Shown here: positions 9,059-20,837 of the stretch, one piece after another | Numbering within the stretch: position 1 is the stretch's first letter | Layout of the letters: the number at the start of each line of letters is the position of its first letter | Source: Candidatus Kapaibacteriota bacterium | GTDB lineage: Bacteria; Bacteroidota; Ignavibacteria; Kapaibacteriales; Kapaibacteriaceae | Direction of reading: 5' to 3' | Length of the DNA: 64,000 nt | Assembly: GCA_046595995.1 (NCBI GenBank) | Contig: JBKJNB010000072.1 | Coordinates: forward strand, 10,786 to 74,785 | Position numbers and translations under genes: made by a program | Notes under the pieces: model-generated | Seen by the model: the letters and a program-made list of their open reading frames with translations, nothing else | Databases searched by the model: none | What the model was told of the DNA's origin: nothing

Positions 9059-10081
9059 ATGAGCAACACATTAGCCCCCTTTCTGACCCTTACCCTATTG
9101 TGGTTTATCGCTCCTTTGGCCTCCGCACAGACCGGCAAGGTGATGATTGCCGAAATCAAAACGGACTCTTCGGACCCATCGATACGCCCATCGAAGATCG
9201 AAGCTGGCTTCGCACTTGCGTGCGAGCTTACGGGACAGTTTCAGTTAGTCCCTTCAGATGTGCGCGACTCATTCATGCTCGCCAGCCGTAATTCTCAGCT
9301 AACTGCTGCGGATGTAGCGCGCGGACTTGATGCCACGGGCATAGCATATCTGTTTACGGCGCGCATCGGAAATCTTGTGCGTAGTGATGTGCTGCTAGCC
9401 GTGGGAGCGCTGTACGATATGAAGATGACGGGCATTGGTTACGCTGCTATCCGACACTCAGACGCAACGAGTCGGGTTGCTGACCCTGCTATCCTGGCAT
9501 CGCAACAGCGCGCATTGTGTGTGGCGCTTCGCGACACTGCATTGTATGCAGCGCTTCGAGACACCGCGTTGTATGTAGGCGCAGACAGTGCGTTAAATGT
9601 GCGTCCGACAGTACCCGTCGTCGCTGGCGGTATAGAATTCGTCGAACGTCAGGGCATGGTGCCATGGACGCTTATCAAAGAGAAGATTGCTGCATCGTAT
9701 GATGCTGTACTTGTTACCGTCGAAGCATTGCAACAGAACCCTCGCATCACTGCGGTTGACATGGAGACACGTGATTCGATCTATGCTTTGGCGAAGATGT
9801 ACCTAACGGAGAACTACAACCCTGTGTCAGCAACAGAGCTGGGGACGCTGCGCGCATTCGACATCCGCCACCTCGTGGTCGGAAGCGTAACGCGCGTTCA
9901 GGGCGGCGCAGAACTTGTGATGTCGATGAACTGGATTAACGACGATGGCTCATTCGCTCCCCTCTCCACAGCGAAACGTATGCTTACCGTCGATTCAAAA
10001 GAGATGCTACGCGACATGGTGTCGGACGCAGTGAAAGAGCTCGGTAACGGTCCGTTGGTACCAACGGGCGGCAGAAGGTAA
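9059..10081 (+). CDS. Secreted hypothetical protein, possibly two CsgG/TolB-N-like alpha/beta domains
   Basis: Signal peptide ending ASA-Q; patterns such as ITAVDMETRDSI and HLVVGSVTRV..ELVMS; fold call is tentative. Confidence 0.55.
   Translation: MSNTLAPFLTLTLLWFIAPLASAQTGKVMIAEIKTDSSDPSIRPSKIEAGFALACELTGQFQLVPSDVRDSFMLASRNSQLTAADVARGLDATGIAYLFTARIGNLVRSDVLLAVGALYDMKMTGIGYAAIRHSDATSRVADPAILASQQRALCVALRDTALYAALRDTALYVGADSALNVRPTVPVVAGGIEFVERQGMVPWTLIKEKIAASYDAVLVTVEALQQNPRITAVDMETRDSIYALAKMYLTENYNPVSATELGTLRAFDIRHLVVGSVTRVQGGAELVMSMNWINDDGSFAPLSTAKRMLTVDSKEMLRDMVSDAVKELGNGPLVPTGGRR
9524..9577 (+). repeat. In-frame 27-bp imperfect tandem duplication (ALRDTALYA / ALRDTALYV)
   Basis: GCGCTTCGCGACACTGCATTGTATGCA vs GCGCTTCGAGACACCGCGTTGTATGTA; 4 mismatches. 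Confidence 0.9.
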
Positions 10082-13000
10082 CTATCTAACCACTGCGTGG
10101 AGGACGTTAAGACGCCCGCGACTCACAGATTCGACATGCACGACGTAGGCTCCGCTCGCAAGCTCGAGTGTAACTGGTATATCGCCTTGGCCAGCAGCGA
10201 TTGTAAATGGTGTCGTTGATACGAGTGCTCCGGAGACATCGTAGAGTGACACTACACCTGCATCATTTTGCAACGCGTTGTAACGCACTACGATGCCATC
10301 CGCTGAAGGGGCCGCGCTAAAGCGCGTGGGGCTGGTAATGCTGATGAAGAATCTTGGTCCGCAAGCATCAACGACTAAAGAGCCGTTGACTGGAGCGCTG
10401 TCTATGCGTTCGACAGACCAGATAAGCACACTCTTAAACACAAAGCCAGTGCTGTCCGGAATTGATGATCGTGCACGGCCGCGCATGACACCAATAACGC
10501 CGGGTTTACCGAGCGGTGATGTTACGTCGCCACGCATTCGAAATTCCACTTCGCTTGAGGTCCAGGTTGCTTTCGTTTCGCTGCCGAGGTTTCCTGCAAC
10601 AACGGTGTCGATAAGAAACGGCAAAGACAAGTATTTGATAACGATGTGCGTGCTGTCGATTTGTGCAGACGATACATCGTTCAGCCAATGCACGGGTATC
10701 GACACGGTGTCGCCCGGACCTGCCTGGTAATCATCGATAAACAATTGTACGATGTGTTGAGGTGGAACAACGGGCACTGTGGCTTCACCACGAATCGGTA
10801 CACTGGTGGTGACTTCGCATAAGCCGCGATCTACAAGCACGAGATCAGTTGCGTGCACACCTGCCTGACGTGGAGCGTAGATGGCGTCGACACGAACCGT
10901 GTCACCCGGCTGCAACGTGACGTTCGTGAGCGACGCACTCAACGTCCACTCCTGCAATGCAGGAGAAAGCATTAGGCTCACAATTGTTCGCGGTTGCGCT
11001 GATGGGTTGTAGATAACGATTGTGCGTTGGTCGGTACGTCCGGTGTCCATCGAGCCTACGTCGATGCTGCCCGGCTGCACTACAAGGTTGCCACTTGCGA
11101 GCAATGATTGCCCGCTAATTGGCAACAAGCCGCCACACGTTTCGTCGCGAAGTATGAACTGAGCCGGTGCAGCCAATGTCGCTGTCTGCGCTGGTGTACA
11201 GCGCACAATAACAGTTGCAGAGTCGTTGGGGTCTACGGAGAGTGGCCACGCGCCTATGAGCGCAATACCGCCTTGAACTGTTGCACCAATCGGTGATAAC
11301 ACGGCACGATCGTTTGCATTGCGATTGTAAATCGTAACAACAGAGTCTATGGGCTGCTGGCATACATCAACAAGTCCAAAATCAAAACTTGATTTATCAA
11401 CTACCGGATTCGACACCCGTAGATCGCCACTCAACGAGATGCCGATTGAAATTGCCTGAGCATCATCTGTAATTGTTAGCACTGCAGTCGCTGCACCGAG
11501 CGCCACAGGTGCGTAAGCAACGATAACGTTATACGGAGTGTTCGGTGCAAGCATGAAGCCAGCTGTTGGCTGCTCTACCACAAACGATCCTGCGACGTCA
11601 ATCACCGGCGCACGCATCGACAACGTGGTACCACCACGCCAGGTAATCGTGAATGTGTCGCGCTGGGTTATCGAATTACATCGTTGTTGAAACGACAGGC
11701 TACGCTTCGATAGATCGAGATCGGTGAGCATCGATCGAAAGCGAACGGGAATTTCAGCGGACGTCGTGCAAGGCACGGCGGCCGATGCGCGCAGTATTCC
11801 TTGCACAGTGGTCTCACCTTGTGCAACAAACCGTAGTTGAACTACAATGCTGTCCGCAGCCGTAATAACCGCAGGCAGCGTGGGAATTGTCGTAACCGTT
11901 ACAGATGCCGACGGTGGCATGAGCCAAATCGTCGACACGGTGGTTGAACCCGGGCCGACCATACGAACCACAGCACGCGAAGTAATCGTGGTACCACTTG
12001 GGGTCGAGTCATTAATAGCCGACGGAGTTATTACAAGAGATACATCATTAACAACACCTTTTAAGACAAACGTGTAAAGGCTGTCGCAAGGCGTAAGCAA
12101 CAAGGTGAGTGTGTCCGAAAACGCTCCAAGAGTAGTTGGTGTGTACTGAAAGTTTATCGAGCGGCGTTGTGCTCCAGTGAGGTACCACACAGTCTTCGAA
12201 AGCCCCTTAACGTTTACAGGCACAGTCTGCCAAAGCAGTGTGCCCATCCTAGTGCTCAGGTTGTTGAATTCTATCGCTCGTGAAATAACACTTCCAATGC
12301 ACATTGTGCCGAGGTCGACGATCTTCGGAGTTGCTGTTATTATTGGGCGTTGCGACACAAGGCGCAAGGAGACTCGCCACGGTGTTTTCTGTCCGCGCTT
12401 CTTTGAGAAGTCATTGTTCGTAATAACTAAGTCAGCGATGTCGTCGCCGGTGAGTGAACGTCCTTCGACTAGCAGAGTATCGGACACACCAACGGCGAAT
12501 GATTCGGGGAACGGACGTCGTCCACTCGTCCAGTACAAAGCCCTGAACGCACCTGCACCTGGCCCTGTGAACAGCATGTCGGTAATGTCGAGCGTCGCAT
12601 TGCCAGTATTGCGAATTGGTATGCGCAACGTATCGCGCTGCTTGCACACCATGTCTGCAGAGCGAGTTGTAATGCTTTCAAGAATCGGACTTATGCCGTA
12701 CACGCGAACCGTAATGATGGTGTCGCGCGTGCAGGGTACAAGGCGGACTCTAAACTTCGCCTCTGCCCATCCGGTATCTGTGGGTGTCGAGCGCGCAAGC
12801 ATCTGCACACCTTCGGGTATCACAGTCAGCGGCAGTGGAGTAACGAGTGAAATGCTCGTGTCACCACTGATGCGTGTGATCTGCGTTATCTGTTCGTTCC
12901 ATGGCAATAGCGAACGCCAAAAGAGCTGACGTTCATCGGTCGTGCCCACACGCACTGTGAATGTGATGAGTGTATCTCGTGGCACTGCAGACTTCTCGCG

Positions 13001-14287
13001 TCTGTCGCCCCTAAGCGTCACAAAGAGTGTTGTATCGGGATTACGAATGTCTATGCGTAGAACGGCGGAGTGTGCACCAGTGCGACGGGCCGTGTACTCA
13101 ACTATGATGGGTAGTGATTGACACGATGCAATCGATGCTGGCACCGAGCTGCTAATGCGAAACAGATCTGCGTCAGTACCGATAATCGTTGCCGTCCACA
13201 ACGAACTAAAAAAGTTTAGATTACGAAAGGTTACCGTGTCGCGTGCGGTAGAGTCCGGACACACAAACGAAAACGCAAGCGCTGTATCAGATTGTGTCCG
13301 TTTTGGCGGCGCGAGCCGGAAGATTCCGGCGCCAACAATCCATCCAGTGTTTGCATTGAGGAACAATACATCGTCGGTATGTGCTCCTTCGAGCCCACAG
13401 TTCCGTAGTTCCCAGTTCTGTCCACCGTCTGATGTGTAGTGCACCGATGCGTTAAAACCTGCAGCCCAGGCAGTTTGAGCATCGAGCAAATGCACGCCAA
13501 ATACTTGCTCTCCCGTTTCTTTATGACGCCACGTGGCACCATTGTCCACGCTAAATCGCATACCGCCACCGTTGTAGTCGGTAGTAGAGCAGTTATTTCC
13601 AGCACAAGCAACTGCGAATGACGATCCGAAATGTGCAAGTTCTTCGTGCCATGGCGACGTGGCGCCTGTATAACTGAAGACATTAAATGTTTGGCCATCA
13701 TCGAGCGACTTCCACAGCGTGCCGTTGCCAGCAGCGTATACCTCGTTTGCGGCCATGCCTGCATCCCAGAGAGGATCGCACATGTTCGAGCGCGTTATAA
13801 GTGTATCGATGTAGACATTGAAAGTGGCGCCTCCGTCAGTCGTATGTAGGAACGTGTTACGTCCACACCCTCCACCCGTGAACCACCCGTTGTTGGCATC
13901 GCGGAACCACCCACCCCAGATTTTATACGTAGCTGGTGCAACGATCTCCGTCCAAGTAGCGCCACCATTCGTAGACTTAAAGGCACCACACGGACCACTG
14001 CAGTAGCCCGTATTCGCATCTAGGAACTGGATGTATTCGAGGTGACAGCCGGCTTTAATCGACGTCATGCCGACCCACGTAGCACCCCCGTTTGTGGTCT
14101 TTACAATGTAGCCGTTAAGCTGATCACACGCCCATCCAAGCTGCGTATTCGACGGCAAAAAGAACACATCAAGGTAGAAGCCGCTACTGTAAGGGGCTGC
14201 CAAAGGCATCTTTTCCCAACGTTGGGCATGCCCTGGCACAACTCCAAATAGGAGTATGAAAGACGCCACTATGGTAATGCGAAGCAT
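10082..14287 (-). CDS. Large secreted protein: YCF48/BNR beta-propeller, multiple ASH (choice-of-anchor D-like) Ig domains, cohesin-like domain, T9SS-like CTD
   Basis: Repeated TTNGGATW/TSDGGQNW Asp-boxes; I.NTG...L.I and DFG.V modules; GPGDTVSIPV cohesin-like segment; C-terminal LYDVSGALV...LASGAYVV. Confidence 0.8.
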   Translation of the reverse strand: MLRITIVASFILLFGVVPGHAQRWEKMPLAAPYSSGFYLDVFFLPSNTQLGWACDQLNGYIVKTTNGGATWVGMTSIKAGCHLEYIQFLDANTGYCSGPCGAFKSTNGGATWTEIVAPATYKIWGGWFRDANNGWFTGGGCGRNTFLHTTDGGATFNVYIDTLITRSNMCDPLWDAGMAANEVYAAGNGTLWKSLDDGQTFNVFSYTGATSPWHEELAHFGSSFAVACAGNNCSTTDYNGGGMRFSVDNGATWRHKETGEQVFGVHLLDAQTAWAAGFNASVHYTSDGGQNWELRNCGLEGAHTDDVLFLNANTGWIVGAGIFRLAPPKRTQSDTALAFSFVCPDSTARDTVTFRNLNFFSSLWTATIIGTDADLFRISSSVPASIASCQSLPIIVEYTARRTGAHSAVLRIDIRNPDTTLFVTLRGDRREKSAVPRDTLITFTVRVGTTDERQLFWRSLLPWNEQITQITRISGDTSISLVTPLPLTVIPEGVQMLARSTPTDTGWAEAKFRVRLVPCTRDTIITVRVYGISPILESITTRSADMVCKQRDTLRIPIRNTGNATLDITDMLFTGPGAGAFRALYWTSGRRPFPESFAVGVSDTLLVEGRSLTGDDIADLVITNNDFSKKRGQKTPWRVSLRLVSQRPIITATPKIVDLGTMCIGSVISRAIEFNNLSTRMGTLLWQTVPVNVKGLSKTVWYLTGAQRRSINFQYTPTTLGAFSDTLTLLLTPCDSLYTFVLKGVVNDVSLVITPSAINDSTPSGTTITSRAVVRMVGPGSTTVSTIWLMPPSASVTVTTIPTLPAVITAADSIVVQLRFVAQGETTVQGILRASAAVPCTTSAEIPVRFRSMLTDLDLSKRSLSFQQRCNSITQRDTFTITWRGGTTLSMRAPVIDVAGSFVVEQPTAGFMLAPNTPYNVIVAYAPVALGAATAVLTITDDAQAISIGISLSGDLRVSNPVVDKSSFDFGLVDVCQQPIDSVVTIYNRNANDRAVLSPIGATVQGGIALIGAWPLSVDPNDSATVIVRCTPAQTATLAAPAQFILRDETCGGLLPISGQSLLASGNLVVQPGSIDVGSMDTGRTDQRTIVIYNPSAQPRTIVSLMLSPALQEWTLSASLTNVTLQPGDTVRVDAIYAPRQAGVHATDLVLVDRGLCEVTTSVPIRGEATVPVVPPQHIVQLFIDDYQAGPGDTVSIPVHWLNDVSSAQIDSTHIVIKYLSLPFLIDTVVAGNLGSETKATWTSSEVEFRMRGDVTSPLGKPGVIGVMRGRARSSIPDSTGFVFKSVLIWSVERIDSAPVNGSLVVDACGPRFFISITSPTRFSAAPSADGIVVRYNALQNDAGVVSLYDVSGALVSTTPFTIAAGQGDIPVTLELASGAYVVHVESVSRGRLNVLHAVVR

Positions 14288-14326
14288 GGCGGTAGAATCT
14301 ACGGAAAACCACGTCGCGCGGCTCAG

Positions 14327-14365
14327 TTACAGCTAGAAACGGTCCGTTATTTACAGCCAGATACG
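14327..14365. repeat. Imperfect 15-bp direct repeat, 24-bp period, just downstream of purA
   Basis: TTACAGCTAGAAACG (14327-14341) and TTACAGCCAGATACG (14351-14365). Confidence 0.6.
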
Positions 14366-14375
14366 AGCTGTACTA

Positions 14376-16002
<1,627 letters not shown>

Positions 16003-16003
<1 letters not shown>

Positions 16004-16947
16004 TATGCCTTGGTCGTGCGGACAACAGTACCAACGTTTTTGTGTTTAACGCGGTCTGTGTACCAGATCACGAATGATGTTGCGATGTAGATAGACGAGT
16101 ATGTACCGATAACAATACCGATAAACATCGTAAAGGCGAAGCCTTCGAGAACACTTCCGCCAAAGAACACCAGTACGAGCAACGCCGCAAGTACGGCTAC
16201 ACCAGTAAGAATTGTCCGGCTGAGCGTTTCATTCAGGCTAAGGTTCACCAACTGCGAGAGCGACATTCCTTTGTGTTTTTCGCGATTCTCACGAATACGG
16301 TCGAACACAACAACCTTGTCATTGATTGAGTAACCAATGATTGTTAGGTAGGCAGCAATCGAGTTGATGTTGAGTTCGAGATTCAGCCAACCCAGCTTGT
16401 TAAAGAGCACCGAGATAACGAAGGCCATGAGAACGTCGTGCAGAAGGGCCACGATAGAGCCGAGTCCGAACACCCACTCGAAGCGTAACGACACGAACAG
16501 CATGATTGCGAGGAATGCTACACTAAGAGAAATCAAAGAGTCGCGGAAGAGTTCATTCGAAATCTTCTTCTCAACGTTGTCTGCACCGAGCAGTTCAACG
16601 TTCTCTTTTGGGAAACGTCGCTTCAGTTCGCCGATGACCTGTCCAGAAACCTCTGACGCCTTACCAGTCGCCTGGATGCGGATGAGATATTGTCCGGCGC
16701 CACCAAACGTTTTGATTTCGGCCTCACGATAACCAATCGCACCGAGAGTGCTCCGCAGATCTTCGACTTGAACTGTGTTGTTGCGGAATGCGACCTTCAC
16801 CTCGGTACCCCCTTCGAAATCGATGCCATAATCGATTCCTAAAACAAGTACGAGTAAGAGGCCTACAACGTTCACGATAATCGACGTCATGAAGAAGAGG
16901 TTCCGACGCGATACGAAATCGACGTTTGTCTGTTTAATCAGATCCAT
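16003..16947 (-). CDS. secF: Protein translocase subunit SecF
   Basis: GIDFEGG, ALLHDV, LTIIGYSINDKVVVFDRIREN, TLSRT and GTYSSI motifs. Confidence 0.96.
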
Positions 16948-16956
16948 TGTTGTTCC

Positions 16957-19017
16957 TTAGGCCGTCACCGGCTGCTTTTTCTGGCCGAAGTTGAACGTGG
17001 TCGCACCACGAGCAATCGCCAGTTCAAAAATTGCGCGCGTAACAACCACTGCTGTAAAGAGTGTCATGAGCACACCGATGATCAACGTTAGAGCGAAGCC
17101 CTTAATCGGACCGGTACCGAGAAGGAATAGAACGATACCCGAGAGAAGGTGCGTTACGTTTGAGTCGAAAATTGCACTCCACGCTTTCGCATATCCCTGA
17201 TCTACGGCTGTCTTTAGATTACGTCCGGCATAGAGCTCTTCTCGAATCCGTTCGAAGATTAGGATGTTCGCATCCACTGCCATCGCAGTCGAAAGTATGA
17301 GGCCAGCAATACCGGGCAGAGTAATCGTTCCTTGGAACGCAGCCAGACCAGCAACCACGAGCAATACGTTCATCAACAACGCTATATCTGCTACTGCACC
17401 ACCTACTGCGTAGTAGGCAAGCATGAACAGAATTACAATTGCGAACGAGATAAGCGACGATGTAACACCGCGGCGAATAGAGTCTTCACCGAGTGAAGGT
17501 CCAACAATCCGTTCTTCGATAATGCGCACCGGAGCTTTCAGAGCACCGGCTTTGAGCGTCACTGAAAGCGCCTTTGCTTCCTCAGTACTCGCCATGCCTG
17601 TTATCTGTGAACGACCGCCTGGAATCTTAGCCTGAATCGTTGGCGCTGTGTACACTTGCGAGTCTAGCACAACTGCTATTTGCTTGCCGATGTTCGCACC
17701 AGTGATTTGCGCCCACTTTTCGGCGCCGATATCATCCATTGCCATGTCGACGGCCGGACGGTTCGTAGCGGGATCGAATGTCGCCCCAGCATCCACGATT
17801 ACTTCGCCAGTTAATTCCGATTCAGCAGCTAGGCTGAACACTTCGAATACTTGTTTTTCGATGCTGACAACTTCTTTCGACTCGCCTACCGGATGAGCTC
17901 CAATTAGCAAGACGAAATCTGTTGGCATAAGACGCTTTATATCTGAACGCGTTAGGATGCGACGAATCTTCAAAACGCTAGCACCATCCGTATAGAGCCT
18001 GTATTCAAATGTTTCAGGCAGACGTTCCGGCACAACAGCGCCAAGCGTAACTGCTTCTTGTCCGGGCATTGCTATCGATAGCAACGAAGTAAACGGGTGA
18101 TCCTTCCTGAATCGGCGTGTCGCCTCTTCCGGAGAAAGTCCGGCATACGGATCGTTCGCATTCGTGTCGGCCTTCGCCGAATCTGCACGTGCTGTGTCCT
18201 TCTTCGTCGAATCGGCCTTGGCAATCTTCTTCGTGCTGTCAGCTTTTGCTTTTGTTATCGAGTCTGTAGCGACTGCGGCTGTGGTGTCGGTTGTCGATTC
18301 ACCTCGCATAATCTTATCGATAAGGAACATCGAAGCAATTATTTCGCGGCTCATCACAACTCGCTTGAACTCAAGGCGTGCCTGACCCTGAATGAGGCTT
18401 CGTATTTCTTTCTCGTCCTTCACGTCAGGAAGCTCAAGAAGAATCCGGCGTGCCCCCTGCTTTTGGATGACGGATTCTGCGACACCAAACTGGTTAAATC
18501 GCTGCGTAATAATCTGCAGAGCCTGGTCGATGGCTTCGTCTACATCCCTGCGAAGCTTTTCTTCAATTGCCGCCTCGGTGATGTCTGCCGTGCTCGACAC
18601 CGCCGAGAAATAATTCAGCAGGTTCTTGCCTTTGGCTTTGAAGTTGCGCAGAAAGACGTTCAGCACATCCAGGTCTGAGTTGTCTGTCTCCGAACGCGTC
18701 TTCTCGATGATGGCCATAAAGTCATCGTCGACTGACGCAGGTTCGGCTGACTCTTCAATCAGCTTTAGTACATCGACTTCGAGAGTCACGTACATACCGC
18801 CGCGAAGGTCAAGGCCGAGCTTCATCCGGTCCTTACGGGCCTGAAGAAACGACTCGTTATTTGACCCTTCCCAAGCGTCAAGCGCGACGGAGTCCCCAGC
18901 AACGAGCTGACGTTCCTTGTCGAGTCGGTAGTAATTATATGTTGGCCATAGTACATATGCGGCCACCAGGATCGGCACTACGATGTATAGCCACTTGCCG
19001 ATGTTGTTCTGTTTCAA
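16957..19017 (-). CDS. secD: Protein translocase subunit SecD
   Basis: LGLDLRGG, IAVVLD, VGPSLG, TLPGIAG and MAVDANILIFERIREE motifs; TTG start preceded by GGAGG. Confidence 0.96.
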   Translation of the reverse strand: MKQNNIGKWLYIVVPILVAAYVLWPTYNYYRLDKERQLVAGDSVALDAWEGSNNESFLQARKDRMKLGLDLRGGMYVTLEVDVLKLIEESAEPASVDDDFMAIIEKTRSETDNSDLDVLNVFLRNFKAKGKNLLNYFSAVSSTADITEAAIEEKLRRDVDEAIDQALQIITQRFNQFGVAESVIQKQGARRILLELPDVKDEKEIRSLIQGQARLEFKRVVMSREIIASMFLIDKIMRGESTTDTTAAVATDSITKAKADSTKKIAKADSTKKDTARADSAKADTNANDPYAGLSPEEATRRFRKDHPFTSLLSIAMPGQEAVTLGAVVPERLPETFEYRLYTDGASVLKIRRILTRSDIKRLMPTDFVLLIGAHPVGESKEVVSIEKQVFEVFSLAAESELTGEVIVDAGATFDPATNRPAVDMAMDDIGAEKWAQITGANIGKQIAVVLDSQVYTAPTIQAKIPGGRSQITGMASTEEAKALSVTLKAGALKAPVRIIEERIVGPSLGEDSIRRGVTSSLISFAIVILFMLAYYAVGGAVADIALLMNVLLVVAGLAAFQGTITLPGIAGLILSTAMAVDANILIFERIREELYAGRNLKTAVDQGYAKAWSAIFDSNVTHLLSGIVLFLLGTGPIKGFALTLIIGVLMTLFTAVVVTRAIFELAIARGATTFNFGQKKQPVTA

Positions 19018-19084
19018 GCATTCCTCCGTCGTTCATACTCCGCACGATGCGTCCGTCCCATAGTTAGGGGTCGACACAAGGACG

Positions 19085-19092
19085 CAAATATA
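19085..19092 (-). promoter_or_regulatory. Putative -7 element TATATTTG for secD-secF-STAS-purA
   Basis: Exact TAnnTTTG match about 70 nt upstream of secD. Confidence 0.55.
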
Positions 19093-19260
19093 GGGGAAGC
19101 GGCGAATCTGACCTAAGGGAAAGGGGCCGTCAAGGGTCTGTCGTGCGCGAGGTGAAGCCGCCAAGAACCCACTCGTAGCCGAGGAGTTACAAGGTTTTTC
19201 GACGTTAAACCGAAGGCAAAAAGTGTCATTCGCAGGCGTTTTTTAACGGAGGAAACCCCC

Positions 19261-19416
19261 ATGTCGAAACGTCTGCTTCTCTCAGTCACATTGTTGGCAG
19301 TCGGCATCGTCGCCGAGGCCCCCTTGCGTGCGCAAGCCCCCTGCTCAACGAATACCATCAATCTCTCTACTGGCCTCAACCCATGGACGTGTGCCGTCGC
19401 CGAACCCTGCCTCTGA
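19261..19416 (+). CDS. 51-aa small secreted peptide or truncated remnant of a secreted protein (not in the ORF track)
   Basis: GGAGG 8 nt before ATG; MSKRLLLSVTLLAVGIVAEAPLRA|QAPCSTNTINLSTGLNPWTCAVAEPCL*. Confidence 0.55.
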   Translation: MSKRLLLSVTLLAVGIVAEAPLRAQAPCSTNTINLSTGLNPWTCAVAEPCL

Positions 19417-19544
19417 GTCCATTTCACTTTCTCTACCCACGCAATCAGCGGCGGTGTCTGTACGTATCGTGTCGTTAATGGGACAGGTCGTGCTCTAATA
19501 CGATGATGGTGTGCCGCTGCAGCGCCGTTCCCGTATTTTCGTGC

Positions 19545-20225
19545 GTGATTGATTGGAAAAAATACCCAGTACCGCGCGTTCGGCATCATACGAGCTCGCA
19601 GCTGTATCTACCGGCTGCAGGACAGCAACAGCTACCGCAGTTGTATCCGTTGTCTATTGCGTCTGCACGCTGGAGCGACTGGTTTGCGAACGGACAACCC
19701 GCCCGCGTGCTTGACATAGGATGTGGTCGGGGTGGCTTCATGGTTCACCATGCTCTTGCCTTCCCCGACCAGAACGTCCTAGGCTTGGAGTTGCGCGGTA
19801 CCCTGGTGGAATGGATTAATGACGTAATCGAAGGCGAAGGCATTAACAATGCTCGTGCAGTGTGGTACAGTGTTGCCAACGGACTGGGCTTCATTGCAAC
19901 GGCCTCGATAGACCACATTTTCTATCTCTTCCCCGACCCGTGGCCGAAACGAAAACATGTTAAACGCCGTGCGTTTACCGATGACTTTCTAACACAGCTG
20001 CATCGCGTACTTGTACCGGGCGGACGACTCTACCTTGCGACAGACCGTCCGGACGTCGATGAACAACAACGTCTGCAAATCGCTGCGCTGTCCGAAGACA
20101 ATCGATTCGAGCTCTGCGAAGTGCGCGAGCCATCAGACTGGCCATTCGCATTCAAAACCGACCAGCAACAATTCTGCGAGCGCAAGGGCATTCCGTACGT
20201 TCGTTATTATGCTCAGAGGGCATAA
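19545..20225 (+). CDS. trmB: tRNA (guanine-N7)-methyltransferase
   Basis: LDIGCGRG, LGLELR, FPDPWPKRKH.KRR and LATD motifs. GTG 19545 chosen as start because TATTTTCG lies at 19534-19541. Confidence 0.92.
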   Translation: MIDWKKYPVPRVRHHTSSQLYLPAAGQQQLPQLYPLSIASARWSDWFANGQPARVLDIGCGRGGFMVHHALAFPDQNVLGLELRGTLVEWINDVIEGEGINNARAVWYSVANGLGFIATASIDHIFYLFPDPWPKRKHVKRRAFTDDFLTQLHRVLVPGGRLYLATDRPDVDEQQRLQIAALSEDNRFELCEVREPSDWPFAFKTDQQQFCERKGIPYVRYYAQRA

Positions 20226-20242
20226 CATGAGGAGGCCAAACC

Positions 20243-20836
20243 GTGCTCGGCGGACGTAGCAACATCCTCATGCCCGAGGTACTGCTCGTTGGGTACCGCA
20301 ACGGATTCTTCCCCATGGCTGAATCCGGCACGGGGCGCATTGCGTGGCATAGACCAGATCCGCGCGCCATCATTCCATTGCACAACGTGCATGTAAGTCG
20401 ATCGCTTCGGCTAGCGATTCAGCGGAACCTGTTTCGCATCACATTCAACACAGCATTCGAAGACGTTATAACGCGCTGCTCAGAGCGCGAAGAGTCATGG
20501 ATTTCAGACGAAATCATCGAAGCCTACACCGGATTACACGAAATGGGTTACGCGCACAGCGTAGAGGCTTGGCAGGGGTCTACCTTGGTAGGGGGCTTGT
20601 ATGGCGTTCACATTGGAGCGGCGTTCTTCGGCGAATCGATGTTCTCGTCTGTTTCCAATGCATCCAAGGTGGCTTTTGCGCATCTTGTATCAAGGTTAGC
20701 ACATCGTGGATTTGAATTGCTCGACACACAGTACATCAATGACTTCACACAGTCGCTCGGGGCCATTGAGATACCTGACGCCGAATACACAGCCCTTCTT
20801 GCAGATGCTATTGCACATGACTGCTCTTTCGCGTAG
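20243..20836 (+). CDS. aat: Leucyl/phenylalanyl-tRNA--protein transferase
   Basis: YRNGFFPM, PDPRAII, AHSVEAW, LVGGLYG, FFGESMFS, ASKVA and LLDTQ motifs. Confidence 0.95.
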   Translation: MLGGRSNILMPEVLLVGYRNGFFPMAESGTGRIAWHRPDPRAIIPLHNVHVSRSLRLAIQRNLFRITFNTAFEDVITRCSEREESWISDEIIEAYTGLHEMGYAHSVEAWQGSTLVGGLYGVHIGAAFFGESMFSSVSNASKVAFAHLVSRLAHRGFELLDTQYINDFTQSLGAIEIPDAEYTALLADAIAHDCSFA

Positions 20837-20837
20837 G

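Noticed and set aside
19075-19125. GGACGCAAA...TATAGGG...GACCTAAG resembles part of a c-di-GMP-I riboswitch
   Set aside because: The upstream GGCAAAC/GAAA-tetraloop stem is missing, and CAAATATA is better explained as the minus-strand -7 element of secD. An Infernal search would settle it.
19123-19260. GGGGCCG start suggesting tmRNA or tRNA
   Set aside because: No TTCGA T-loop in the right context, no complementary acceptor stem and no tag ORF
19113-19589. 158-aa minus-strand ORF in the secD-trmB gap
   Set aside because: No recognisable motifs or RBS; it overlaps trmB and a better-supported plus-strand small ORF
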